DNA from: Hydrolagus colliei
Taxonomy: Eukaryota
Assembly (NCBI GenBank): GCA_035084275.1
Contig: CM068757.1
Coordinates: 3,534,001 to 3,598,000 of the forward strand
Length of the DNA: 64,000 nucleotides
Direction: 5' to 3'
In this document: positions 35,736-49,210 of the stretch, piece after piece
Layout of the letters: each line of letters opens with the position of its first letter
Position numbering within the stretch: the first letter of the stretch is position 1
The notes under the pieces: model-generated
Databases searched by the model: none
What the model was told of the DNA's origin: nothing
The model's input: only the letters and a program-made list of their open reading frames with translations
Program-made: the position numbers and the translations under genes

Positions 35736-38700
35736 ATAAGTTGTTATTGGGGGCCACCATTCTTCACACTGACCATTGATCTCAGATAAAGTTTAGCAGG
35801 TGTCCACAAATAGGGATCAAGCAGTAATCCTGATGAAAGATTGCAGGAAAAGTTCATTTTGAGTACTTACCAAATACATGATAAGGCATTTAATTAAATG
35901 ATAAGGCATTACAGCTGAACGCAACTCTTTTCATGACAGACACAAGATTGCGTGCTACTGGCAGTGCTTTAGGATCCTGCAGCAAACAGTTTTGCCTTAG
36001 TTCCTAAAGTGTTAAAATGTTTGTTTCCAAAGAATATGAAGGGAATTATGTGCGCAAGTGAAACTGAAAGGTTGAATGTGTGACTCATAACTATTGACAG
36101 ATGGGATGAGCATAACATAAACAGACAGTGACTAAAAACAAGCAGGTTGTGTGAAAGTATTTTTAGTCCCCAACTAATTTCTACCCAGCTGTGTAACCTA
36201 TTACAGAAAGTTCTGGAAAGTTACCTAGAGACTGGTTAATTCCAACTGGTAGAAAGTTAATTAAAACGAATCGAATTTACTCACAAAACCAATAGACAAT
36301 CTCTTTATTTGACTCTTCCAGGAATATTCATGCCGTATTCATTTACAGCTGCCACACAGCGTTTCAAAGATAGATTTCACATAAATTGTAGCATTAAAGA
36401 TAATGTTCTCTATCTTGTATATTGGATTTTTTTTGAAAAATTATGCCAAGAGAGTTAAAATTACAGGGCAGCAGAGAAAAAAAAATGAAGAGCAGATTTC
36501 CATAAATTGTCAAGTAACTGGATGTTTGAAATGGCATGGTGACAATAGGTGAATCTCTGAACAGTTTGCCTTTTTTTTATTCCGCCTCTTACTAATTAAT
36601 AATTTCTCAGGAAAATCTGGCGTTAATGCACATTTGGGATGGGAGAACGTCACGGACTGACTGTTACGCAGTTATCATTTGTCAACTCTTTGAGCTTTAG
36701 GCTTCCCCCACATTCCACTGGGAACAGTTGTTTTTGTACAGCTCCTTTATAGAAGGATAAAAAAAAGTACTTACAGCAGGGATCCACAGCACTGTCACTA
36801 CCGCTAGTTAATTAATGGTAGAGCTTCACATTATGCTGCTTACCATTTGAAATCTGCGATTGTATCGAAAAATGTTGTGTTACGTCTCCCCTTTAGATAA
36901 AATAAACCATACAGCTGTGAATATTTAAGGCTCCCTCATGCACAGGCTAACTGAGGTGCTCAATCCTCGCACAACTCATATATTTCTATCTTTATTAGGC
37001 TCCGCCAGCTGTTGGCGTAGGTGTCAAGATAGGGTTCTGCTATAATAATATTTCCTTTCTAACCTCTGATTCCTGTTGCCTTCTGTGAGAATAATTAGAT
37101 TCCTCATATTTCTGTATAGACCGTGGCCCATACAAGATCACGGGCCCAGAAGGCTTCTTCACTATCAGGTAATTGGCTATAAGAATGTGATCGGAGATCA
37201 AAATTCCTTCTCTCAGGATACCCTGTTTGTATTCTTGAGCTCCTGATGCAGCATTCCCTTAATTATCTGCAGAATGTAAAGATCATCAATTCGCAGCAAA
37301 GGTACCGTTTTGATTGATGCGTGCTCATCAAGTGGAACACGCTGTCCCCGGTGACAGAATTAAGCTCCTTAGGGCAAGGTTCAGCTCAAGATCAAATCTC
37401 CTCATAAGGTCTCACCCTCCTCCCATCCCCCCACATCGTAATCCTCAATATTTTCCTGAATCCTCACTTTGACTCCAATTCTGACTTGCAGAGAATCACA
37501 TCCCATTAAAGAGTTTCAAGCGAACAACCGTGCAAATATTCTCAAAATAAACAAAGCACAGATTACCAGATGTAACTCCTGTTTGTTTTACAAATATGAA
37601 AAGGGGAGAAATTAAAACAGAGAACACTGCAGGAATACAAGACTGTTGAGGATTTGAAAGGAACAAAAAAAAAGCCTCACATTCTTTAATTGAATTAACC
37701 TTCATATTGGCAGACATTCACAGCATCGTTCATTTTGTTACCAATTATCAGCACACAGGGAATCACAGCCTGGAAAGAAATGGGAGTTCAACTGTTTTTT
37801 ATCATTCTACTCATTCAGAAATCTCACCTAATCTTAGCCTGCATTTCTGCCTTAAAATGGCAGCGGAGATCGGAAATGGCATTATTTTAAAAGAATTTGA
37901 GAGCTAGCCCTTTACCAGAACAATCCAATTTACACTACAGTGCCTTTCACCTCAGGGGTGCTTCGACAAAGTGCTGGTCTGGGGAGGGGAAAGATGATCA
38001 AAACCTTTTGAGAACAATGGGAAAAAACAGGCTGAATTTTGAACAATTCTCCAGCTTTATGCCTGCGTCTAACTTTGCATGTGAGAGAGGGAAATGGCTG
38101 GTTACACTTGCATTTGCATCAGAGGGCTGCAGATGTTTTAAAATAGCTACCTCACCCCACGTCTTTTGCTACTAAATAATGTATAGAATGGGATTTCGAT
38201 TCCGTGTAAAGAAAATAATCCTTTGATTTCGCCCATCATCAATAAGTAATGAGGGAACATTATTATTCAAATAATTCCACATTTATCGGTGATTGCGTCG
38301 AATGAGGATTATAAAATTTTGTCACTCCAGCGCAGATTTGTTCTTTCATCTCTCGAGTTCCACCATAAATTCCAACCGAGCTCAGCTGGTGCTACGCAGC
38401 TTCAAGGCAATAAACAAATACTCTCTCCCCTTAGGCAATGTTTCCTCCATTCCCTAACTCATCGTGTTTATGCCAAAGAGCGAAGTCTCTCTTTTATAGA
38501 GACCCTTTTTTGTGTGTGTGTGTGTAAGTATAATCTGATGTTTAAATCGTTACTGCGAGAAAATGGACACTAACAAATGAAAATGCGCAGCATCACACAC
38601 TTGATTTCCAACATAAATATTGTTAATGTTAAAATGTCTTGCCTCTGAGATGCATTGTTATTCTTTTCTTCTTTTTAAAAAAAATCAGTTCATCCATTTC

Positions 38701-38877
38701 ACGTCAGACTCCTACAGTAAAAGTGAACGCTATTAGGATTCTGTGACTGTACTGAGAATATACACCTTGTAGCCTCAATGTTGTTGTTTTTAAAACTTTC
38801 TTTTGTGGATGAGGTGCCTGACACATGTGGAAACCCATCAAACACTTAAGAGTATCCATACCAAGCTAAGGCTTTCA

Positions 38878-38907
38878 TATATATAAAGATATATATATAT
38901 ATATATA
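38878..38907. repeat. Interrupted (TA)n microsatellite
   Basis: tatatataaagatatatatatatatatatat. Confidence 0.9.
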
Positions 38908-39667
38908 TTGTACATGCCACCTCCGCATGGAAATGTCCCTGTATCTGATATAGAAATGCACACTCCCTTCCCCTGAGTTACCCAATTACGGAATAGGCAC
39001 AGGTTGGTCAGAGCCAAGGCCAGAGTGTGGAGGTTAACCAGCGAATGCAGAGAAGCTTAACATTGTAGACACCGTCAAGCAAAACGTACTGTTGCTTGTC
39101 CTGCTAGGACCACTTTAACCAGACAGTGTCAGCCCATTATGACTTTGGCTTGCAGGGTTACAGAAGCTGAGTGGGAAGAGTTGATCTGCTCATCTGAATG
39201 CTGCTGATAATCCTGGTAATCCATGGCTGTGCTTGGAATCTCCCCTTCCCCTCCCCCAGAAGGATAGTCAATATATTCATAGATTCATCAACAGATTGAA
39301 TTCTGTCAATAGTGTATTCAACATTAGGTAGTTCCACGGATACACTGCTGCAGGTACTAAATTATGGGAAATGTATAAGAATTTCATTTTCCATGTCAGA
39401 TTTCTAAAATATAACATTGTTTTATTTAAGGTCCGTGTATCCTAAATAGAGCTGTAGATCATTACATAGACCACCAAAAGCATCACCGAGTCCCAAGGGA
39501 CTGATTAGACTTGAGCATCTGCACTTTGGTTGAGGCAACATTCAACTTGTTCAGGGAGTTTGGAAGGCAAACATTTTTAACAATGGGCCTACGTTCCAGT
39601 AAATGAACACTGATACTATATCACTAGATTATCACCGACAATTCAACCATGTTAATATTTCGCGATT

Positions 39668-39740
39668 GCGCCTTGGGACGTCCTCCCAACGTGAAAGGCA
39701 CTCTACAAATGTAATATTGTTATATTTTACTGTTGTTGTT
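39668..39740 (+). mobile_element. Short L2 3' end
   Basis: gcgccttgggacgtcctcccaacgtgaaaggcactctacaaatgtaat. Confidence 0.85.
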
Positions 39741-42700
39741 TGCGAAGTTCCTTTTTTAAAAAAAAAATGCTTCTTTTTTAATAGCGTAGAACTCACTGAA
39801 GGTAAAGTTTCAAAATATTAAACCTTGGTTAAAATCAAAGTATCTTTCCCTGCCCCCCAATCTATTTACATTCACTGCCTCATAAAATATGAATGGCATC
39901 AATTCTCCATGACTAAATCGTGTTTAAGAAAAGGATTCATTCATGCTTAAGATTAACATTTTTAAATTTGTGGCCGCCTTCTTGTGGAGCTTAGCTGTAT
40001 GGGAGGGAAGCATATTCAGCAACTCTGCCTCCAAACTGTCCTCTTTTAAGGAGGGCTATCACGCCCCTTAACATCTCTGTTAGGTTTGACAAATTGTGTT
40101 AATAGAAATAGGGTTTGTTCTGTTTCTGCATAGAGATATGGCAGGGTATACAAATTTGTGCTGTTATACACCATTGAAAGGGACATTTTGATGCAGAATT
40201 TTAGCGAATTAAAGGATTAATAAGCACATATCACAATCATTTTCTCATCAGATTTCTATGCAAACAGGATTCTTAAGTCTTGTCTCTAATGCAGCTGCAA
40301 TGATTTTTATGATACCCTCTAACAACCACTAGAGGTCTTTAGCATCCTGAAATGATTTGTTATGCTGTACAATGTTTTGTTATGTATGTTTTGTTATGCT
40401 GGACTGTTATGCTTAGGTAATTTTTAAGATATCCTCAGTTTCTAAGGCAATAATAATAATCCTCACCAGGTCTCTTGTGGATACTTTTCTACTGCACTAT
40501 TTAGTTTGCTAGAATTGCCAAAGCACAAACTTTCACACTTTCTTTTTTTCTATTTTGGCATTTGGATTTCTTGAAAGTAATATTTGGAGACAAAGTTTAA
40601 GAGTTCAAGTTTTTGCACCTAAAATGACGGTGGGGGTGGGGGTGTAGGGGGGGGGAAGCTAATTTACAAAATAATTTGTACATAGCAAATCTCGGATTCC
40701 AAATGGTTTGACCCCCTGTAATTCAACTCAGTCACCGACTTCAATAGAAACCATCGCTAAAATGACTTCCGAATGGAACACCATGGAATGGATCGCGGCG
40801 CAGATGGGATTACCCATTTACTTTGGCAATCTCTAAGGCCAGACACCCATCACCACCTTAAGAAAAATGATTTCTATCAGATATTTTTCGCTGCAGCTAT
40901 AGGTTGATATGAAGAAGGATTCGTAAACTCACAGAGTGGTTCATATTCGGTATATATTCGGGCTCAAAAGCATGATCTGATGACTTTGACGAATTATTTT
41001 AATATCTTTCATTTTCCATAGTTTGTCCACCAAATAACGATGGCAGCCCAGGGCACACATTGCTGGTGATGTAGAATGCCACAAAGCTATTCGACAGAAT
41101 CTCTGCGAGTTTAAGGACGGATGATCTCAGCTAAAGTGAGTTCCATATCTCAGCTTACCTGGCTGCAGAGGTGTCAAGCAAAGTTGACACTTCAAATACA
41201 GAAGATCTAATGAAAAATGATTCATACAGTTGCATTATTTCTACCATCCAATATATTGGACATTTTAATGGATGGTGATACATTTAATCACTTTTCATAC
41301 TCAAACTCACATCCGCTTCATGTTTCCCCTTCCTTTTGCTACACAAAGCTATGTGTTTGAATCAGTTGGGTTGTCTTCTGGGTTGCGTAAACCATACAAG
41401 ATTATTCGTTTCTGGAAAAACAATTAATTTGGCCAGTGGTAACAATATGTTGACCGCGCTATCCATGCTGAACAGTTTCCTTCCTCTTGTCAAAGGGGAA
41501 CTTAGCCAGGGGAGCAAACCAGAACAAACAGCTGGAATGTTTAGCTGGAGTAGACTTCCCCAAGAGTGCCATAATGCTCTCCGCCAATAGAGCATACTCA
41601 TCGCTCTTAGAAAAGATCAAGCTTCTTACGAAGACCGCTGCAGCTGTGCTTTTGCTAATCAGGAAATTCAAGCAAAAAAGGCATCATCTCAAAAAGAAAA
41701 TCCAGTATTTACCATTTTTTTGTTTTGTTTTTACATTTCACTTCCCCCTTTATGCAGTGGGGAAGTAAGTAGAGGGATATGAGCAGCATTGTCATGATGG
41801 TAAAGCAGCTAAGATTACTTCTAACCGGTCCTCACAGTGGATGGTTTGAGCCAATTATTTGGGTTCTTTAATGTTTAAGTCACAATGTTTTTATAAATCA
41901 CGTCAAATTAAATCAAATTCTAACCAGAACCAATAGACAATAGCAAACCACTGGATGTACAGTTCTAGTCGTTCATTACCACTATAACCCCTTTAATTTG
42001 CTTGAGAAAGTGGATGAAGGTGAGAAGCTTTAACTAACAAGTGGACAGTTTCACAAGGAATTACACAACCGTTACTATCAAAAACTAAATTACATTTGTA
42101 TAATGTAATTATAAAACAAATTACACCAGTGTAATAGTGCACATTTTCAAACTGAAATCAAACCTTTGATGGTCACATTGCATTGCAAACATGTTTTCTC
42201 CCTCATAAAAGCATAATGGCCAAAAAAAAAAGTGCTTCAGTTTAGACCTTCTGCAGATGAACAACCATTGCCGGTAGATCTGAATGTTGATTGATTGTGT
42301 CCCGATGATCTGCTATACTTGCTGACATTGGGATGGTTACAGAACGCTGGAAACATTAAGAGCAGAAACAGGGCGTCAAGACAAAGCAAGTGGGGGAACA
42401 ATTGGCATGAAGCACAATCATAACTTCCATCCATTCTACAAGTTCAATATAATATATAGGCTCCTGCGAGCTGCAGTAAACACCACCTCCCTCCAAAAGA
42501 AGTTGTGAAATCTATAAAGGAGCACTCACTTGTTTATTGTTGTGATAATAAATGTAGGGCAGTGTCTTTTGTCTCAGACTGATTTCATTCTACCCTCAGA
42601 TATTTTGTGCCAAAAGATTCTTCTGCAGTTCTGATTTTGCAGGGATTTTGGATATTAATGTGTGCTGTTTTGCAATATATACAGTATGTGTATTCTAGTG

Positions 42701-44106
42701 CTATGTTTGTAAACAGATTACGCTCAGTAATGGATAACCCCCTCTTTATAATATTATTCTACCTAATATAGTTTCTTTTAAAAAAACTCCAATGTCATTT
42801 ATAACTCCATTTGCATTCTGCATTATCTGCCATGTTCCTGAGCCAGATGAAATAATTTGATTTAATTTGCATGAGTGAAGGGAAATCCCAGAGCCAGTTT
42901 TATTTTATTGAATAATCAGATTTTTGATCTTGGCTTGGGAAATGATAAAACAGTAGGCAACCCTGCAGAGCTCTTGCATCAATTTTATTGGGGGATTGTT
43001 TAGAACCGAATCTGCAATTTTAATTAAATAAGTGCAAAGGCAAAAATCTCATAAGTGTAATACAAATGTCAGGCTTTGATGTGCTCGTGGGTGGTGTTCA
43101 GTGTTTTACCTGTAAGCAATACCATGGGTATCCAGGTGACAAGACGTCAATAAGTTCTCCCCAAGGAAGAAAAACAAAGATTTTTTTTAAATCACAGCTT
43201 ACGCAAGTTGTTTTTGACATTACAATCCAAATAAAAGATATCAGATCTACTTGGGAATCAGACTTTGTTGCGAACAACACTGTATTTCTATTGCATTCCC
43301 AGTTATTTCACTTGACACTGAGTTGTAATTAGAAGGACACCTGGTAAAATACGTGGGAACTTATATTATTTCTGTCAGAACTGATCATTTCCTTTGCCTT
43401 CATCTTAAAATATTGTTCCACTTGGTTGGCCTTCAAGTTGATAGTCGTTCCAATACTAGTTCTAGCCTTGGCATGAAATCAACAGTCACAACAGAACATT
43501 AACCATACTGCTACCTCTGTCGGTTTAGGTTTGACTAACCTTTAGTTTCTGGTTACTTCCATTCAGCTTCACCACAGTTCAGTGTAACCGGCTTCAACAC
43601 AGTCACAAAACATTAAAGTAGGTCTTGAACAATCAGTGTATACCGCATCCAACTTATTGAGCTGACAATTGAGAATCACACATCTGAGTGCAAACACTGT
43701 GGATAATGACCTAACCCAATTAAGACAATGTTTCTTTTCTTATTTACTGCAAAGTAATTACAATCACTAGTTCTAGACGTCAAACTAAGGCACAACAAGC
43801 ACACAAAGCTTCCTTCACTGGGAGCTATCTTCTATTAAACCGATTAAAAATAGAAATCTTTTCACAGCCTGATTATAGTACCGTCATGGGACGTTTGTGC
43901 CTTGTATATTTTTGAAAGGCAAATGGTTAGTGCTTTTGCTTTTTGTTTCCAAAATGATTACATTCAATGCAGGAGAGTGAATCCCTGATTTCCAATGTCT
44001 AAAATTGAACATTGTCCAAAAGTCTTTCATTCTGTATGTAATATAAAGCTTTACATTAAAAGAACTCACAAATGATTAATATATTTCATTCTTTCGTAAT
44101 ACTGTA

Positions 44107-44420
44107 GTCCTGTAGCTCAGTCCTGTTGCTCAGTGATTAGAGCACTCACCTCGAAAGCGAGAGACCTGGGTTCGATTCCCAGCACGGCGAAACCTTGGGC
44201 ATGTTTCCTTACAGTGTACACGCCTGATAATAATCCCTCAAGAAAAAAAATTATAATTTGGCCAGTTAATCTATGACTGTTTGTGGGACATTGCTGTGCG
44301 CAATTGGCTGCCGAGTTTTGACCACAAATGTGCAGTTAATTGCGGTATATTTTGTGAAGCGTTTGAGACGTCTCGAAGACGTGAAAAGCGCTATATCAAA
44401 TGCAGGGATTATTATTATTA
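44107..44420 (+). mobile_element. Full-length tRNA SINE with a 13-nt duplication of its 5' end
   Basis: gtcctgtagctca gtcctgttgctcagtgattagagca, B-box ggttcgattccc, body, stem-loop, tta tail. Confidence 0.92.
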
Positions 44421-45199
44421 ATACAGTACTATGCTACAAGCTCAAACTGCATTCAACGCATGGATTGTTTTACACCATTGTACATCTGTTGAACACATGT
44501 TAAGCCTTTTATAAATAACCCTGTTAATGCGCGTGCATCAGTAAATACACATAGATTTACTTGTGTGGTTCCCTTAATGTTCGGCTTCAGTCAAAATGTG
44601 AAAAATACATAGACAGACCCACATATAATTATCACAGTGTCAAAGGTAGGCACATCTGGTAAAGATTGGCTCCATTTTCTATTGGAAAGAAGATAATTCA
44701 AAATAGTCGGAAAACAGCAACAGCCTCAATTCTAATTATCTTAGAGCATTGTAATGCCACACGGTGTCAAGGACATTGCGGTTTCTTGTCAGAGTGAAAG
44801 GCACAATATAAATGTAAATTATATTGTGTTGTTTGCAACGTCCAGTTGTGACCTCTGGCTGGTCAGTTGTGATTCCCAAGTTGGAAAAATCCTTTGAAAG
44901 CAACACTCCCACCAGGTGCCCCATCCCTGCCCAGTCTCTCCCACAATCTAAATCATGCGATCCGCAGCGGTGACAGCCACCGAGGACTTCGAAACCACTT
45001 CCATTTCAATGCATTCTACAGCAAGATAAACATGGCAAATGAGCAGAAATAAATGTGTTACATATAACCTGGCTTCAATAAGACCGTGGACGTTGGATTT
45101 ATTGTACTAAGATGCTCTGGAGCTGTTACCTTTGCAAAAGGCTTCATTTTTTCCCCCAGACAGATGTTAGGCTAATATGCCTGTAATTCCTAGGATCAT

Positions 45200-45520
45200 G
45201 ATTTTAACCTTTTTTTGTTAAAACAAATGAAACCACAATGGTTCCCTTTGAGTCTTCTGATGCTACAACTATGGCCAATGAGATTTGCTCAATTTCTACA
45301 GCCTCCTTAACCTTCTCTCTACCTTCATATATTTCTTCGCTCTCCTGTGCAATCAAGACAAGTTTAATGTTGACCACTATTTTCTCAATAATCTCAAATA
45401 AATTCCCTAGCATTTCAGTTACCTGCTTGGGAATACAATACTAACAATTTCTTCCACGGTGAAAAAATGTTGTGAAAACTCTTATCGTATTGTAAAATTC
45501 CCTACCATTCACCCACTCAA
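45200..45520 (-). mobile_element. Possible decayed CR1 endonuclease-domain fragment
   Basis: Minus translation ...IYEGREKVKEAVEIEQIS...TIVVSF loosely follows the CR1 'YRPP..EVEEQI..VVGDFN' layout. Confidence 0.35.
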
Positions 45521-47509
45521 TCCTTAAGGAACGTTCCCATAATCCCACCGAAACGAAACGCATTTCATTTGCACTAATATCTATTACAGTCTGCTTTTTC
45601 AATGTTACCTTTTCATTCCAGTTATTGCTTTTCCATCTCCTTCTGCATTTATCTTGGCTTCTACTGTACCTTACCTTGCCTTCGTGCTTTTAACACTGTT
45701 TTCCCTCGATTTCTTTGGCTTGTTACGGTAGACTCAACTGAAATCTTAAACGTGTACTTATTATTACTCAGCAGGGGCTACTAGCAAAAGGTATTTCCTC
45801 TTTGTGTCATGCAAACACATGACAATAATACCTCTGATTGGTTTAGTGGATGTTCATTACTAATGCAAAATCCACAGATTTTATCATAGTGTCAAAGGTA
45901 GGCACATCACCAAGAAGTATTTCTTGACGTAAAGAGTAATTAACGGCTGCAACAGTTTGTCAAGAATGGTGATTGAGGGCAGGACATGGGACAGGATCGG
46001 TTGGGCAGATGTTAGGGTGGGTACTCTGGAAGGATGATATCAAATGGGCCATCAAATGGGTTCATCTGAACCTCTCTTGTGAATTCTTACCAATCGCACC
46101 TATCGAAGTGCACTTGTGATTCCAGTAGTTAACTTTAATAGCTTCTATTCTATTCCACCTCAACAACCGCTTTGGGACTCGGAGGCAAGGTGAGTGCCTT
46201 CTTAAACTTCCGGTATCATATTTAAGAATGACCTTGAATGTCAGTCGAGATACGACGCAATGGTGACACGGCAATGTGCTGGCGGTTTGCGCAAAAGATC
46301 ATTCAATATTTATAGGGCACTACAACTATTCAATTGGCATTCCGAGGACATTCATTTCAATGTAGCATTGAACGCACTTCGTGTTAAGTGTTAATAACTG
46401 CATAAAGGGAAGTACGAGTCACTGTGTTTTGCTACTACAGCCAATAAAACAGGCATTTAAAAGAAAACTTTAAGTACAAAACATTTCTGAAGTGAAGTGT
46501 GGAGGCCAAATTGAACGCAGCGTATGTCTTAAATCAGTGCAGAAATTAAATAAGAGCCCTTTGTGTGAAGCTTTACTTGGTGTTGCAAGATTTTTTTTCT
46601 TTAAATAGAGGATGCTTTGGACCCTCCCTCACAGAGAATGAAAACAAAAATGAGGAATTATTGCAAATAATACAACAGGAGAAATAGTTCTCTACCTTTT
46701 AATGTCCTTGGTTAAACTGGCTGTTTCAATTCCCGAGTGGGCATGGCACACTAATTCAAATAATGGATCCATCACAACAATTGAGAGCGCTTACCATTAA
46801 AAGTTAGGAACCTATAAACATCGGTATTGTAATGTGCAGAGAAATGCAGTGCGCAAATACTTTTCTAAGCAACTTTCATGCAGTAATTTATTTCCCACAC
46901 TTTGGCACACCTACGCTACTGTCATCACATTGATGTTATGTTATTATACTTTGCTTCAGATGTGGATGTTCAAAGGCAGGTTGACAAAACAAAGAATTGC
47001 TTTCAAAGAGCCTTAAGTACACCAATCACACATTTCCCCCGAGAAAGAAAAGGAAACCGTATTCAAGCATTCTACCCAGAGACAGATATTTTGAGTATCC
47101 TGGAAAATATATGGTACAATTCAGCAATGAATACGTATAAGTGATTGAATTATGCATCATAATTAATAATGATATACAGTAGTCTTATGGTTCGTGAAGG
47201 TTCCCGTGTCATCCAGTTATGCAATGATGCTAAATTAGATTGGAAGAAAAATATAATTGTTTTTGCCTGGCCCCAAGTCTATAAATGGACCAACATGAGG
47301 ATAAATTCTATCACTTCAGGCAGCCTCAATTACTCAGTAACCACAATCTTAAGATGGGGGAGCAATCCTAATGCCATGACCAGAATAACATGGTTACCAA
47401 GGGACCTATGTGACATTGTACGCAACAACAAACATGGTGCAACCTGTGACTCCATCATCTACAAGGAAAGATAATCTTATGACAATGATTAACAATACCA
47501 AAATGCCAT

Positions 47510-47900
47510 TTAACAACAACAACAAAATTACATTTGTTTGCTGCCTTTCGCTTTGAGAGGACAACCCAACGCACTGGACAGTCAATGTTTCAGACCCGAG
47601 CTGGGGTCAGGATCAAGACGGATGGTAGGAAGGGTAGTAGGGCAGTGATCGATGGCACTGTCAAAGAGGAGGATCTTGAGGCAGGATCTGAAGGAGGTGA
47701 GGGATGGGGTGAGGCAGAGGGGATTGTGGGATGAAATTCCAAAGATTGGGGGCAGAGTGGCTGAAGGTTTGCCCGCCGTTGGTGGGGAGGGTGGGTCGAG
47801 GGTCATGGAGCAGGTCGGAGACCACTGAGTGGGGGGAACAGACAGGTTAGTAAGGGGTTAGGAGGTCGCAGAGGTAGGGTGGGGCAAGGCCATGGAGGGC
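47510..47900 (-). mobile_element. L2 3' fragment including ORF2 C-terminus
   Basis: Minus strand ALHGLAPPYLCDLL...GGQTFSHSAPNLWN; (ttg)n tail. Confidence 0.88.
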
Positions 47901-48949
47901 CACCAAAATATCTTAGTAAACATCATAATTGCAAATGATTGAAAGTTACTAGAGGGAGGTGAGGATTCTTGGGTTTTCATACATCTCCTTCTTTTGAGTA
48001 TTCAGCAGAACCTCAAAGTTACACAAAAAATACAAGTAATGTACTTAGGAACTGACCATACCCTAAATTAACCATTTGCTTTAACGTTCTGCTTTTCTTA
48101 GTATTCCCCACTAATTACACATGCACTTTTTGTGGTGTACCAGCACTGTGAGGTAATCTTGTGGGAAAGATACAACATAAATGCAAGTTGTTGTCAATGT
48201 GGTATTGGAGTCTGAAGAGTAAATCAAAATAATAACAGTCATGTCCAGAAAAAACATTATTAAAAGCGAAATCATTGCCTATTCATGGGAAAGTGCACAA
48301 TAGACATTTCAGCTATTGAAATACCTGTACTTTTTTAAAAAAAACTGGCGGCATTTATATGTTGGGGTTTACGATCAAAGAAAATATACACTTCAATATC
48401 TCCAATAAATATCATTTGCAGCTTTGAAAATAAAATATTTGTTCCATAATTCATTCCAATGCAGTATCTATAAATTTATAGGATGAACATTATGACAGTC
48501 AGAGAAATTTACATATTTGTATATTTTGTTAAAAAAAATCTACTGTAATCCTCGGGACTTCACTGCCTTGTGAGTTAAAACGTAAATAAGAAAATAATTG
48601 AAGGAAGTTCAGAGAAACACTCAATGTAAAATATCATCCACAACATATTTTCTTCAACAACATGAAGGCTGTGTCAATGTTGAGTCTGCTTTTTAAAAAG
48701 TCAGGAACTTGTGACCCTACAAGTTTGTTCTTTCAAACAAAAGCCACCTACATTAGTTGTGCAATGTTGCATCAGCATATATTTAATCTTTTTTTAATAC
48801 TCAGCCCCTTTTTACAAAATATGTTAATAATCTCCCATGACTACACGTCAATGCTACTTGATTTTTGATCATTTACATTACTGTAAGGGAAAAGATTTAC
48901 TGGAGTACTTAAATTTAAGGTAATCACTAAAAGAGCAAAGGAGGAAGGA

Positions 48950-49210
48950 ATGATAATGTTTTTACACAAATAGTAGTTAAACAGTGGAATACTCTCTTCA
49001 GAATGATGGTTGAGGCAGAATCCATGAAAGCTTTTGAGAGGGAAATAGTGTAGATAAATATCTTATAAGGAGACATATGAAAGGATATGGTCATGAGGCA
49101 GGAGAATGAGACTAAATGCACTGCACTTTCAGAGAAGCGGTATCGGCTCAAAGAGCCAAAATGGCCTTCAAATGTCAGCCTCTCTTGCGCTGTAAATTTT
49201 TATGGTTATA
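48950..49210 (+). mobile_element. CR1 3' end
   Basis: tttttacacaaatagtagtt..tggaatactct..ggttgaggcag..aagggatatgg-like..gagccaaaatggcct. Confidence 0.7.

Noticed and set aside
42248-42346. 99-nt minus-strand exon candidate that could extend the 24-33 kb chain
   Set aside because: Good acceptor but weak donor (gtctaa) and two open frames; not discriminating
44107-44190. tRNA-like sequence with A and B boxes
   Set aside because: No acceptor-stem closure and continues into the SINE body; not a tRNA gene
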